Positions 1-9,959 of a DNA stretch of 64,000 nucleotides are shown here, in pieces. A program made the translations under genes and the position numbers. The stretch comes from Spirulina sp. (lineage in GTDB: Bacteria > Cyanobacteriota > Cyanobacteriia > Phormidesmidales > Phormidesmidaceae), in assembly GCA_044070495.1 (NCBI GenBank), contig JBIPSI010000014.1, positions 32,001-96,000 of the forward strand, read 5' to 3'. Positions within the stretch are counted from its first letter, which is position 1; each line of letters opens with the position of its first letter. The notes under the pieces are model-generated. The model saw nothing but the letters and a program-made list of their open reading frames with translations, ran no database searches and was not told the DNA's origin.

Positions 1-150
1 GATGTCGTCGATGGTGGAAGGCATAGCAAATACAACCCGCAACAATAGGCGGCTAACCGGATCACAACGCCATAGACAGCCTATGATCCCAAAGATTATA
101 TCAAGCCCTGCCCAGGGCGCTGCATTCTCTGATTAACCAACGGCTGAGCA

Positions 151-187
151 GCCCTCATCCCCAGCCCCTCTCCCACGGGGCGAGGGA
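151..187. repeat. Half copy of cyanobacterial palindromic repeat (GCCCTCAYCCC...GGGAGAGGGG family)
   Basis: gccctcatccccagcccctctcccacggggcgaggga matches the left half of the elements at 12567-12664 and 22711-22798. Confidence 0.6.
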
Positions 188-233
188 TGCAAACTGCTCA
201 AGATTGCAGCGTTTGGCCTATCCCGAACTCAGG

Positions 234-1295
234 TTAGAGCAGGTGTTGGAACCGTTCTTCGGCCCCCAGTTGTTTCACGGCTTGCTTGATGTCCTGGGTG
301 CGGTCTTTGTGAACCACCAGGGTGGCGTTACCGTCGCGCACAATCACCACATCACTCAGGCCGATGGTGACCACCACTTCTTCGGCATTGGAGGCATAGA
401 CAATGCTGCCTTCGGTGTCGAGGGCGATGTGGGTGGCAAGGTTGACGTTCTTGTCGTCGGGTTGCTTCAGCAGACGTTCCACGGCGTTCCAGTCGCCTAG
501 GTCATCCCAGCCAAAGGCCACGGGCATGACGTAGGCGTGGGTGGTGTGCTCCATCACCGCGTAGTCGATGCTGAGCTTTTCTAGGCTAGGGTAGGCCGCT
601 ACCCCTTGATCCAAAATGGGCTGCATGAGCTGAGGGGCATGGGTTTTGAGTTCCTCCAGCATGGTCTGGGCCGGAAACACAAACATGCCGCTATTCCAGC
701 TAAAGCGGCCACTCTCAATGAAGGTTTGGGCGGTGGGGGCATCGGGTTTTTCGGTGAAGCGGCTGACCTGGTAGGTGGGCAGATCGCCGTAGGTGCCAGC
801 GGCCTCGCCCTGTTCAATGTAGCCATAGCCCGTCGCCGGATAGGTGGGAGCAATCCCCAGGGTGGCGATGGCCCCTCGTTCCTCGGCTAGGGCGGCTGCG
901 GCCCGCAGGGTTTGGCAAAAGGCCTCCTCATCGGCAATCCAGTGATCCGCCGGGAAAAACCCTACCACCGCCTCTTGGCCGTAGCGCTGGGCAATTTCCA
1001 GCGTCGCCCAGGCCACTGCCGGGGCCGTATCGCGCCCTACGGGTTCCACCAGCAGGTTGGCTTCTGGTAGGTGGGGCAGTTGTTCCCGCACCCGATCCGC
1101 CAAATGGCCAGCGGTAATCACCCACAGATCGTCCCAGGTGCCCGTCAACTGGCAGAGCCGATCCGCCGTGGCCTGGAGCAAACTCCGGTCGCTGCCATCG
1201 AGACAAAGGAACTGCTTTGGACAGGCAAGGCGGCTGACGGGCCAGAAACGCTCGCCCTTGCCACCCGCCAAAATTACTGGGATAAATAAAGACAT
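234..1295 (-). CDS. manC: Mannose-1-phosphate guanylyltransferase
   Basis: PVILAGGKGERFWPVSR...PKQFL, EPVGRDTAPA, PADH, GYGYIE, FTEKP, WNSGMF, SIDYAVME and GWDDLGDW motifs. Confidence 0.95.
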   Translation of the reverse strand: MSLFIPVILAGGKGERFWPVSRLACPKQFLCLDGSDRSLLQATADRLCQLTGTWDDLWVITAGHLADRVREQLPHLPEANLLVEPVGRDTAPAVAWATLEIAQRYGQEAVVGFFPADHWIADEEAFCQTLRAAAALAEERGAIATLGIAPTYPATGYGYIEQGEAAGTYGDLPTYQVSRFTEKPDAPTAQTFIESGRFSWNSGMFVFPAQTMLEELKTHAPQLMQPILDQGVAAYPSLEKLSIDYAVMEHTTHAYVMPVAFGWDDLGDWNAVERLLKQPDDKNVNLATHIALDTEGSIVYASNAEEVVVTIGLSDVVIVRDGNATLVVHKDRTQDIKQAVKQLGAEERFQHLL

Positions 1296-1559
1296 AGGTA
1301 TTAATCCTTAACGTTTGTCTATAGAAAAACGATAAATCTGTGCCCTCATCCTATCCCTAGACCGATGGGTCATGGTCAGAATGAGCTTAATATTGATTAA
1401 CACATTACGATGGGACAAAGGGTTTTTAAGGGTGGGGAATCTCTTTGGAGTGACAGATCGTGAGCTGTCTCAGCGAAAGGGACAAGGATAGAGAATCAGC
1501 GATAGGGTTCCCATAGGTGGGTTCAGGCCCGTTCTAGGCTGATTCTAGGGTGGTGAGGT

Positions 1560-3068
1560 GTGACGTCAGTGAAGCAGGTATCCATGGAACCGTCGAAGCA
1601 ATCTGAAGAGTCCGGCGTGATGGCCCCAGGGTTCTCCACTCAGGCCCATGGCGATGGCCAAGCCGCCGCTGTGCTAGACACCGCCGATCCCACGTCGTCC
1701 CAGCCTGCCCAGTCTGTGGATCCAGATCCCCTCTCCGCCTATCGCTACGTTGCGCCACCCTCTCCCAAGACTGGGGGCTGGCTGAGACGCACCCTGAATG
1801 GGCTGCTGTGGAGCGGAGTTTTCATCGGCACAGCGGCCACGTCGGCCTTCCTAGGGGCAGGGGCTGCCCTCTTCCTGCCTATTCCCGGTGTTCCTGTGGC
1901 CGATGGTAGCGCCCCAGGACTCAGCGACCTTTGGCAGTCTGGGTTTCGGTACCAGGTCACTCGTCCGGTCAATATTCTGGTCATGGGTCTGGATGAAAAT
2001 CGAGATGCGGCCCCCGGTTCCGAGGCTGTTTTCGGAGGCCGTACTGATACCCTGCTACTGGTGCGTGTCAATCCTGAGGACAAGACCCTGCGGGTGATGT
2101 CCATTCCACGGGATACCCGCGTCCAAATTCCGGGTTATGGCATGGCCAAAATTAACCATGCCAACGTGGAGGGTGGGCCTGCCCTAGTCGCCCAAACCAT
2201 TGCCGATAACCTGGGTAACGTGCAGATCGACCGCTATGTGCGGGTCAACACCGTCGCCTTTCGCGAAATTGTCGATCTGGTCGGGGGCATCGAAGTGGAG
2301 GTGCCCCAGCGCATGGAGTACACCGACCAAACCCAGGGCCTCTATATTGACCTATATCCCGGTTGGCAAACCCTCAGCGGTGACCAGGCCGAGCAATTTG
2401 CCCGCTTCCGTAATGATGGGGTGGGGGATATTGGCCGGGTGCAGCGACAGCAGATTTTGCTAAAGGCCCTGCGGGAGCGCCTCACCAGTCCCATGGTGGT
2501 GCCCAGTTTGCCCCAGGCCATCCGGGTGGTGCAGCGCTATGTCGATACCAACCTCACCCTGGAGGAAATGCTGGCCCTCGCCAACTTTGGCCTAGAAATC
2601 GACACCGACAGTTTCCAAATGGTGATGCTGCCAGGACGGTTCAGCAGCGCCTCCGAATTTGAAGCCAGCTATTGGCTACCCGACTGGGAAGCCTCAGCCA
2701 CCGTTCTGCAAACCTTCTTCCAAACCGAAGGGGTAAGCGTCTATGCCGATAACAACGGTGCCCGTTACGTCGCCAACCTCAGCATTGCGGTTCAGAACGC
2801 CTCCAACACCTCGGGGGCTGGGGCCGCCATGGTGCAATACCTGCGCGATAACGGGTTTAGCGGGGTTTATCTGACTGGCGACGCCCCCACCGTCAGCCGC
2901 AGCACCGAAGTGGTGGCCCAGCGTGGCGACCGAGACAGCGCCGAAATGATTCAATCGGTGTTGGGCCAAGGCCAAGTGCTTTCCGAATCCACCGGTGATC
3001 TCGGCTCCGACATTACCATTCGCGTGGGCCAAGACTGGGCCACCCAATGGGCCGAACCTCCCCAGTAG
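1560..3068 (+). CDS. LCP (LytR-CpsA-Psr) family protein with C-terminal LytR_C domain
   Basis: TM anchor, NILVMGLD, GRTDT, SIPRDT, KINHA, ARFR...GDIGRVQRQQ; C-terminal IAVQNAS...DITIRVGQDW; exact start uncertain. Confidence 0.92.
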   Translation: MTSVKQVSMEPSKQSEESGVMAPGFSTQAHGDGQAAAVLDTADPTSSQPAQSVDPDPLSAYRYVAPPSPKTGGWLRRTLNGLLWSGVFIGTAATSAFLGAGAALFLPIPGVPVADGSAPGLSDLWQSGFRYQVTRPVNILVMGLDENRDAAPGSEAVFGGRTDTLLLVRVNPEDKTLRVMSIPRDTRVQIPGYGMAKINHANVEGGPALVAQTIADNLGNVQIDRYVRVNTVAFREIVDLVGGIEVEVPQRMEYTDQTQGLYIDLYPGWQTLSGDQAEQFARFRNDGVGDIGRVQRQQILLKALRERLTSPMVVPSLPQAIRVVQRYVDTNLTLEEMLALANFGLEIDTDSFQMVMLPGRFSSASEFEASYWLPDWEASATVLQTFFQTEGVSVYADNNGARYVANLSIAVQNASNTSGAGAAMVQYLRDNGFSGVYLTGDAPTVSRSTEVVAQRGDRDSAEMIQSVLGQGQVLSESTGDLGSDITIRVGQDWATQWAEPPQ

Positions 3069-3102
3069 TCGCAAATTCCTCTGCTTCATCGGAGGTTTGC
3101 GA
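3069..3102 (+). terminator. Stem-loop immediately after LCP stop codon
   Basis: tcgcaaattcc...ggaggtttgcga imperfect inverted repeat between convergent genes. Confidence 0.45.
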
Positions 3103-3258
3103 TCAGCCAGGCAGTTGACTCCCCGACGGTCGTGGCCAAAACCCTTAGTCTATAGGCATTTTGGGAATCGTTAGCCCCCTTGACAAGGCTGGATCTTCGA
3201 GCAAGTTAAGGACTAGAAGCTGGCTGACTGACACAACGCCGAAAAGCCTTGACCCCTC

Positions 3259-3343
3259 GTAGGTTGGGTGGCGCGATAGCAGAACCCAACAAGTCCGATA
3301 CCCTTGGCGGGTGTTGGGTTCCGCTTCGCTTCACCCAACCTAC
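3259..3343. repeat. GTAG-type REP doublet (REPIN/BIME-like)
   Basis: GTAGGTTGGG...AACCCAAC followed by inverted GTTGGGTT...CCCAACCTAC; the left 33 bp are the exact reverse complement of 34489-34521. Confidence 0.8.
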
Positions 3344-3401
3344 TTTACCTAACCCGAACTGAGGCCAAACAGGATTCAGCTTTGGCGGTGCATTCCTAGA
3401 T

Positions 3402-3878
3402 CTAGGACTCCAGAGGTTTCTTCATCAAAATCGCCTCTGGCCGATAGCCCAGTTTTTGGTAAAGCGCCTGGGCCGGTGCATTTTCGCTGAATACTTGCAG
3501 ACTGATTTGGCGATGCCCTTCGGCCTTGGCCCAATGGTGGGCGGCCTGTAAGAGTTGGGTGGCCAGACCTTGGCGGCGGTGGTCGGGGTGAACGTAGAGC
3601 AGCAGCACGTAGGGATGGAGCAGGCCAGTGCGTTGATCGGTGGCTTGGCCTAGCCAAATGCAGCCCACGGCGATGGCGGATTCCCGGCTACCGGGGCATT
3701 CCACAATCCATAGGGGCGTATCGCAGGAGAGGTAGCGATCCACCGTGGCGGCGAGGTGCTTGATGGGCGGACTGTCGTCTAATTCTTGGTAGGTGCGCTC
3801 CATGAATTTGACCAGAGTGGCCCGATCTAGGGGCGAACCGGAGCGCAGGTGATAGCCGGGAATGGGAAATGAGGACAT
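3402..3878 (-). CDS. GNAT family N-acetyltransferase
   Basis: LYVHPDHRRQGLATQLL acetyl-CoA motif; VFSENAPAQALYQKLGY. Confidence 0.92.
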   Translation of the reverse strand: MSSFPIPGYHLRSGSPLDRATLVKFMERTYQELDDSPPIKHLAATVDRYLSCDTPLWIVECPGSRESAIAVGCIWLGQATDQRTGLLHPYVLLLYVHPDHRRQGLATQLLQAAHHWAKAEGHRQISLQVFSENAPAQALYQKLGYRPEAILMKKPLES

Positions 3879-3883
3879 GAGGG

Positions 3884-5608
3884 TTATCGAGGGACGGACT
3901 GCACCTGAAGGCTACGGAGGCGGTTGATGGCGGCGGCGAGTTCCAAGCCGCGAAACATTGCCAAGTCGCCCATGGGCCAGTCGGTGAGGGCGTCCAGACC
4001 GTGATTCGCTAGGTCGGCCATCACCGCAGCCACCACATCGGGCAGGGGCCGATCTGGGGTCATATGGTAGCGCTGGGCGTAGACGATGGCCTCGGCGATG
4101 GCCCGCACCTGGCCCGGTTCTACCAGTTGTTCTACGGCAGAGAGGTCGATGGCTTCGGTGCCGATCTGCAAGTGGTCGGTGTCCCTGGCCTTGAGGTTGA
4201 CGCTGCGCCGCCCTTTGCTGGGGTCGATACTGTGGGGCTGCACGATGCGGGGGGTGAGGTCGCCAAAGTGGGTTCCGCCCTCGCGGTGGCGGTCGGTTGG
4301 GTACTGGGCGACGATGGCCTTGGCTTGGGTGGTCACATCCTGGGGCACAAACTCGTCGAGGGCAATCACCGTATCGGCCACATCAAAATAGTCGCCGCTG
4401 CCCCCCATCACCATCACCGTGGAAAGGCCGTAGTCGGTATAGATCTGGCGCACCTTGTCGATGAAGGGGGTGATCGGTTCGCGATCCTTGGCGATGAGCG
4501 CCTGCATCCGGCGATCCCGAATCATAAAGTTTGTAGCAGAGGTGTCCTCATCCACCAGCAGCACCCTAGCCCCGGCTTCTAGGGCTTCGATAATCGTTGC
4601 CGCCTGGGAGGTACTGCCGCTGGCGTTGGTGGTGGAAAACTGGCGGGTAGACTGGCCCTGGGGCAAATGGCCAATGAAGGGGGAAATATCCACCCCGGCA
4701 ATGCTTCGGCCATCCTCGGCCCGCACCTTCACCGCCGCCCCATCGGTGACCACCTGGTGTCGCCCATCGCCGGGAATATGGTTATACACCCCCGCCTCCA
4801 GCGCCCGCAGCAGGGTGGATTTTCCGTGGTAGCCGCCGCCCACAATCAGGGTAATGCCCTGGGGAATGCCCAGCCCTGTCACCGATCCAGCATGGGGGCA
4901 GGTCAACGTCACCCGCAGCGATTCCGGCGACTGAAACGGTACGGCCCGATCCGCCAAAGGCCGCTCATCCACGCCACTGCGCCGAGGCAAAACGGCCCCA
5001 TCCGCCACAAAGGCGACTAGCCCGTGATCGTGCAGTTGTGACCGCAAAACATCGGCATCCTCGGCACAGTCCAAATGGCGCTGAATTGCCGCTGCATCCA
5101 GGGACTTGTAGCGCAGGGTGTTGTCCACCAAGTCCGGCAGCGCCCGACAGAGCAAGTCCGCCGCCTGTCGTCCGGCAATGCGTCGCCCAAAGGCCGGAAG
5201 CCCTACGGTCAGCCGTAGTTCCACCTTGTCCGCTGTGACATGGGCCGCACTCCGGTTTAGGATCGCCTGACTGGGCCGCACCACGCCAATCAACCCACTT
5301 TTGCCCGATCCCGCCTGTCGCTCCCGCCGCTGGGTGGCTTGGTACGCCGCCCGAATCAGGAAATCCGCCAAGGCCACCGCCCGCCCCGGTGTCTGCCAGA
5401 GTTCCGCCGGAAAGCCCGCCACCGCCTGGGACATCTCCACCCGCACTCGGCTAGGAGCGGCAAAGGGATCCCCCTGCACATGATCGATGTGAAGGATAAA
5501 CCCCTCAAACGGGTAGGCACCCTTGAGGGATTTGTAGGCTCCATAGCCTTGGCCATCGAGACAATGCAGTTGGTTGTAAAGTGCTTTGAAATCGGATGTG
5601 CTAGTCAA
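3884..5608 (-). CDS. ABC-class ATPase domain protein (COG3044-like, soluble)
   Basis: HVQGDPFAAPS N-terminal motif, Walker A GGGYHGKST, NASGSTSQAA, Walker B LLVDEDTSATNFMIRD. Confidence 0.88.
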   Translation of the reverse strand: MTSTSDFKALYNQLHCLDGQGYGAYKSLKGAYPFEGFILHIDHVQGDPFAAPSRVRVEMSQAVAGFPAELWQTPGRAVALADFLIRAAYQATQRRERQAGSGKSGLIGVVRPSQAILNRSAAHVTADKVELRLTVGLPAFGRRIAGRQAADLLCRALPDLVDNTLRYKSLDAAAIQRHLDCAEDADVLRSQLHDHGLVAFVADGAVLPRRSGVDERPLADRAVPFQSPESLRVTLTCPHAGSVTGLGIPQGITLIVGGGYHGKSTLLRALEAGVYNHIPGDGRHQVVTDGAAVKVRAEDGRSIAGVDISPFIGHLPQGQSTRQFSTTNASGSTSQAATIIEALEAGARVLLVDEDTSATNFMIRDRRMQALIAKDREPITPFIDKVRQIYTDYGLSTVMVMGGSGDYFDVADTVIALDEFVPQDVTTQAKAIVAQYPTDRHREGGTHFGDLTPRIVQPHSIDPSKGRRSVNLKARDTDHLQIGTEAIDLSAVEQLVEPGQVRAIAEAIVYAQRYHMTPDRPLPDVVAAVMADLANHGLDALTDWPMGDLAMFRGLELAAAINRLRSLQVQSVPR

Positions 5609-5698
5609 AGGGAAAGCCAGAATAAGCCAAGGGCAAAAACACCTGCTCCGTCAGGAGAATATCAGGAAAAAGGCTTATTAATTAACGCCTTATCATCT

Positions 5699-5848
5699 TA
5701 TAGCGGTTCTCGGTAGAGTGAGGTACGCCGTTGCTGGGTTCTAGATCCCCCCAGTATCTAGCTGTCTAAGTTTTGCTCTGTACCCCCCTTATCAAGGGGG
5801 GCAGGGGGGATCCCCACAATTTACTTCACTCAAGTGGGATCCGCTATA
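5699..5848. mobile_element. MITE with TATAGCGG...CCGCTATA terminal inverted repeats
   Basis: TATAGCGGTTCTC..GAGTGAGGTA at left, TACTTCACTC..GGGATCCGCTATA at right, internal CCCCCCTT..AAGGGGGG hairpin; non-coding. Confidence 0.75.
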
Positions 5849-6045
5849 AATCTAGCTTATCTGCCCCCAGCAGCTATGGGTGGGAATCCATGATTGCCTG
5901 ACACCCCGATATGGACGGGCTACTAGCCTATATCAGCGGTATACAACCCTGCTAGGACACCCTATAGCCTGATGGAATGTGTCTTCTGGAATCAGCCTAG
6001 CCTGCACTCCGGTGCTCCACTTCGCTGAAAATCCGAATAAATTCC

Positions 6046-6495
6046 TCAATGAATCAGAGGCAAACGGCGTGGGGAGATAACCCGTTTATTCAGGTGTAGC
6101 TCTCGGCCTCCATTGTGCCATTGCACTTGGTCAAACACTTGGTGAAGAATATATAGCCCCCTGCCGCAGTCGTTAACGTGGGAGTGGCAGGTTTCATAGG
6201 CCAGATCGTCGCAGGGACAGGGGTACTGAAACCCTTGGCCTTGGTCTGCAATCACCCACCAAAAGTGAGCGCCAGCGGTAGTATATCGAACGGAAACTTG
6301 CTTAGTGGGATCAAGGCGATTGCCGTGTTTGGCCGCATTGACTAGGGCTTCTTGAAGACCTAAGCGAATTTCAGCCTGCCACTGCTTGGGAACTTCGGCC
6401 ACCAAAATATCTAGAACAGGGTGTAGATACAGGGTAGAAACGAAGCTCAGCGTGCCCCACTTTTGCTGACTTAGGGGCGGAGAAGTTGCAACCAC
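6046..6495 (-). CDS. pmgA: Anti-sigma-factor-like ATP-binding protein (PmgA homologue)
   Basis: LSFVSTLYLHPVLD, EIRLGLQEALVNAAKHGN, WVIADQGQGF and CGRGLYILHQVFDQV are typical of PmgA (HATPase_c_2). Confidence 0.85.
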   Translation of the reverse strand: MVATSPPLSQQKWGTLSFVSTLYLHPVLDILVAEVPKQWQAEIRLGLQEALVNAAKHGNRLDPTKQVSVRYTTAGAHFWWVIADQGQGFQYPCPCDDLAYETCHSHVNDCGRGLYILHQVFDQVQWHNGGRELHLNKRVISPRRLPLIH

Positions 6496-6870
6496 TCAAC
6501 ACCTCACAAAAATTCTGATCGAAGTCTACAAGCTGTCTTGAATGCTTCGATGAAACTGACATGACGAATCACCAGACACCAGACTTATCTCACGTTTTAA
6601 GATCTATCCAGACTAAGGTCTATTCAGAAACGTTTTTCAACGTTCTTTGAAGAACTAGACCAAACGATTGAATAGAGAGTCGGTTCTTGCATTTAAAAGC
6701 CTTGGCTGAGGCATCAGCCGTAGGATGAAATAAATAATTAAGTTTTTCTGTTGTTTGTTCCTGTGACTCAGTAAAGGATGTATAAGTCTTCGGAAAGCCT
6801 CGAATCTTGCTCCTTCTCTACCATAGCAAATTTCCAGGTTGGATTTGTATTGTGTAAAGCGGCTTAGGGG

Positions 6871-7533
6871 CTAGGCACCGCGATGCTGGGTGGCGGCTTC
6901 GGCCACAATGGCGGAGCTGTCTTGGGCGAGGGCGGCGAGGGCGGCGAGGGCTTCGGGCTGAGAAAATTGGGCGAGGGCCTGCACCAGGCGGTGGCGCACC
7001 TGCCAATCGGGGTGGGTGGTAAAGGGCAGCAACAGGGGCAGGGCGCGATCATCTCGCAGTTCACCGAGGGCACCGATGGCCGCCGTAATCACAAGGTCGT
7101 TATCGGATTGGATGGCCTCCTGCAAGAGATCCATGGCCTGGGGTTCGCCCAGTTCGCCCAAGGCCGCCACAATACTAAATTGCACCAGCCATTCTCCGGT
7201 ACTGTGATACAGCGCTGCCAGGTCAGCGTAGGCACTCCGCAGGTGCAGTCCCCCAATGGCATCAGCGGCGGCGGCCTGCACATCGGGTTCTGGGTCGTTG
7301 GTGAGGGCGCGGCGCAGGAGAGGTTCTACGGTGGCGAGATCCTGCTGCCCTAGGCTGGCGAGTTGGCTGATGGCAGCGTAGCGCACCCGGGCATTACCGT
7401 CGTTGGCAGCGAGTTGGGCTAGCTCGAAGGCATTGGCAAGGTCTAGATCGCGCAGTTGGTTAACGGCCCGCAGGCGGTCGCCGTAGTCCTCGGAATGCAG
7501 TAGCTCGCGCACAGAATCGGGGGTGATCGCCAT
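6871..7533 (-). CDS. nblB: Phycobilisome degradation protein NblB (HEAT repeats)
   Basis: MAITPDSVRELLHSEDYGDRLRAVNQLR N-terminus, RVRYAAISQL, EWLVQFSIVAALGELG, DWQVRHRL; ATG at 7533 with GGAGG upstream. Confidence 0.88.
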   Translation of the reverse strand: MAITPDSVRELLHSEDYGDRLRAVNQLRDLDLANAFELAQLAANDGNARVRYAAISQLASLGQQDLATVEPLLRRALTNDPEPDVQAAAADAIGGLHLRSAYADLAALYHSTGEWLVQFSIVAALGELGEPQAMDLLQEAIQSDNDLVITAAIGALGELRDDRALPLLLPFTTHPDWQVRHRLVQALAQFSQPEALAALAALAQDSSAIVAEAATQHRGA

Positions 7534-7751
7534 TTCGTAGCCTCCAGCACATAACTCCTCCCTACTACTATCGGCTATTTCGAGGGCGTTCGGGCAAAGG
7601 CGCACGTTTTTAGAATCTTCCTTAAAAGAAGGCCACCTGGATCGGGCGGGGCAAATTGTCAGGAATTTTTGACCTAGGGCTAGGGCTTTGGCTATCTAGG
7701 CTACCCCTTGTCCTGGCTAGGGCAAAACCGATGGATGCCCCTCCCTTGATT

Positions 7752-7832
7752 TGAGTACAGAACGATGGTTTTAGTTTTTGCCCTGTGTTTGTGGCCTCAG
7801 GGGTTGATCTGTCTCGGTTTTCTATGAGTACA
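7752..7832 (+). promoter_or_regulatory. Two TGAGTACA boxes upstream of nifV (candidate CnfR/PatB-type nif cis-elements)
   Basis: TGAGTACA at 7752-7759 and 7825-7832, partial TGAGTA at 7939-7944; same orientation as nifV. Confidence 0.5.
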
Positions 7833-8049
7833 CAATCCCCATGCCAGGACTAAAAAATCCTAGGCTTCCCCCTGGGAAATACTTGACCGTTGCCCCTCAG
7901 CGATTTGGAAAGGGCCATTGCAAGGGGGATACAGCCCTTGAGTAGGGGGTTAATCATTTAGCTAGTTCCGATGGCCTTGAGGAATGGCGGGACGGCGAAT
8001 GCCCTTGCTATAAGCAAACCTGAAGGGCACACCTGAAGGAGCCACCCCG

Positions 8050-9165
8050 ATGATTCCATGCTTTCCCGCCATCAACGACACCACCCTGCGCGATGGGGAG
8101 CAAGCGGCGGGGATCGCCTTTGGCCTAGCGGAAAAGGTGGCCATTGCCCAGGGGTTAGATGCCCTGGGGGTGCAGGAACTAGAGGTGGGCATCCCGGCCA
8201 TGGGGCAGGGGGAGGCCCAGGCCATTCGGGCCATCGTTGATCTGGGGTTAAAGGCCCAACTGCTGGGCTGGAACCGGGCCGTGCTGTCCGACATCCAGGC
8301 GTCCATCCACTGCGGTCTACAGCGGGTTCACATTTCCGTACCGGTTTCGGAGATTCAGGTGCAGGTCAAGTATCAGGGGCAGTGGGCAGTAGTGCTGGAT
8401 CGCCTGCGGGAGGCCATTACCTTTGCGCGGGATCACGGTCTGGAGGTGAGTGTGGGTGGAGAAGATAGCTCCCGTGCCGACGCGACTACGCTGTTGGAGG
8501 TGGCCCAGCAAGCCCAGGACTGGGGAGCCTTTCGCTTTCGGTTCTGCGATACCGTAGGCATCCTCGACCCCTTTACCACCTACGACCGTGTTAAGGCCTT
8601 GGTCGAAGGGCTCAGTATTCCGGTGGAAATGCACACCCACAACGATTTGGGTCTAGCCACCGCCAATGCCCTAGCGGGGGTGCGGGCGGGGGCGACCTCG
8701 GTGAATACCACAGTAAACGGGCTAGGGGAACGGGCGGGCAATGCGGCCCTAGAGGAGGTGGTGATGGCGCTCAAGCATCTCTATGGCCTGAAAACCGGGC
8801 TGCAAACCCAGCATTTCCTAGCCATCTCCCGGTATGTCGCCAAGGCCGCCAACTGTGCCATCCCCCCCTGGAAGGCCGTGGTGGGAGATAACGCCTTTGC
8901 CCACGAGGCGGGACTCCATGCCCACGGGGTTTTGCACAACCCCAGCACCTACGAACCCTTTGATCCCAGCGAAGTGGGCCGCCAGCGGAGTTTGGTGGTG
9001 GGCAAACATTCCGGGCGTCATCTCATTCAGTATGTCCTCCATGGTCAAGGCGTTCACCTAGAGGCCGATCACACCCAAGCCGTCCTGAATCAGGTGCGGG
9101 ATCGGGCCACGACCCTCAAACGCAGCCTCTCGGTGGAGGAATTGCTGGATTTGGTCAACCCCTGA
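8050..9165 (+). CDS. nifV: Homocitrate synthase NifV
   Basis: [75 protein letters not shown]; no LeuA regulatory domain; next to nifT. Confidence 0.92.
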   Translation: MIPCFPAINDTTLRDGEQAAGIAFGLAEKVAIAQGLDALGVQELEVGIPAMGQGEAQAIRAIVDLGLKAQLLGWNRAVLSDIQASIHCGLQRVHISVPVSEIQVQVKYQGQWAVVLDRLREAITFARDHGLEVSVGGEDSSRADATTLLEVAQQAQDWGAFRFRFCDTVGILDPFTTYDRVKALVEGLSIPVEMHTHNDLGLATANALAGVRAGATSVNTTVNGLGERAGNAALEEVVMALKHLYGLKTGLQTQHFLAISRYVAKAANCAIPPWKAVVGDNAFAHEAGLHAHGVLHNPSTYEPFDPSEVGRQRSLVVGKHSGRHLIQYVLHGQGVHLEADHTQAVLNQVRDRATTLKRSLSVEELLDLVNP

Positions 9166-9195
9166 TCCCCGCTGCCAGATTCCCACGAATCGATG

Positions 9196-9237
9196 GATCC
9201 CCGACAACAGATCCCCGACAACAGATTCCCGACGACC
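9196..9237 (+). repeat. Short tandem repeat, about 3 x GAT(T)CCCCGACAACA
   Basis: gatccccgacaaca gatccccgacaaca gattccccgacgac (overlapping units) between nifV and nifT. Confidence 0.7.
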
Positions 9238-9282
9238 TGCTAAGCCAACTGAGATCAAGCTGTTTATCCCTGAGACACCCCT

Positions 9283-9486
9283 ATGAAAGTCATGCTTCGC
9301 ACCAATGCAGCGGGTCGCCTGCTGGTCTATGTGGCCAAAAAAGACCTGGAGGAGGAAGTGGTGAATCAAACCCAAGGGGAGGATGGCCTCGTCTTAACCC
9401 TGTCCAACGGCTGGGAATTGGCCCTAGCTGGAATGCGTGATCCCCTATCCACCCCCCAAACCGTAGAGGCCCGCCGCCTGAACTAA
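9283..9486 (+). CDS. nifT: Nitrogen fixation protein NifT/FixU
   Basis: MKVMLR...YVAKKDLEEEVV...LSNGWEL...PQTVEARRL, 67 aa. Confidence 0.93.
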   Translation: MKVMLRTNAAGRLLVYVAKKDLEEEVVNQTQGEDGLVLTLSNGWELALAGMRDPLSTPQTVEARRLN

Positions 9487-9527
9487 CTTGTTTGTTCCGT
9501 TCTCTTAGCTTCCTCAGGAGGTTGACC

Positions 9528-9812
9528 ATGACCACAATCCGCGCCATGCCCCCCTGGATGTTTAGCCTAGACGGCACCTTCCTTGGGTTTGGGGACGGTG
9601 GATCCCAATGGCCCAAACATCTGCACCTAGACGTCGATGGCGAAGTCCTGGCTATTCAGATTCGTCGAGAACTGAGGCCCCTGCTAAACGCCCAACTTCA
9701 GCCTGGGGATCGCCTACGCTGCATTGGGCGCAGCCAAATTCACAGCAAAACAGGGATGATTGCGCTAAAAGCGAATCATGTGTTTAGACCAGAAACCCCA
9801 TCAGGGGGTTAG
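9528..9812 (+). CDS. Small protein resembling the N-terminal domain of cyanobacterial (2Fe-2S) ferredoxin-domain proteins, lacking the Cys-containing C-terminal domain
   Basis: FSLDGTFLGF...LQPGDRLRCIG...TGMIALKA pattern; AGGAGG RBS before ATG 9528. Confidence 0.55.
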   Translation: MTTIRAMPPWMFSLDGTFLGFGDGGSQWPKHLHLDVDGEVLAIQIRRELRPLLNAQLQPGDRLRCIGRSQIHSKTGMIALKANHVFRPETPSGG

Positions 9813-9959
9813 CCTTGACAACAACCCGCCCCCCGTTCACCGTCGAACCTGGGGAGAGGTATACCCAATCCGGCGTCGAAAACCCCGATTCCTAACCTGG
9901 CAACCGTAGCGGCAAGGAGACCTCGCCCCTGCGGCTAGCTGGGATGGGAGGTATCTACC

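Noticed and set aside
1..24. Possible gene start on the minus strand (MPSTIDDI...) running off the window edge
   Set aside because: Only 8 codons are visible, too few to identify
6496..6870. Possible sRNA or long leader upstream of pmgA
   Set aside because: AT-rich, but no recognisable RNA family or strong structure
9196..9237. Repeats that could suggest a CRISPR array
   Set aside because: Units are 13-14 bp and contiguous, with no unique spacers and no cas genes
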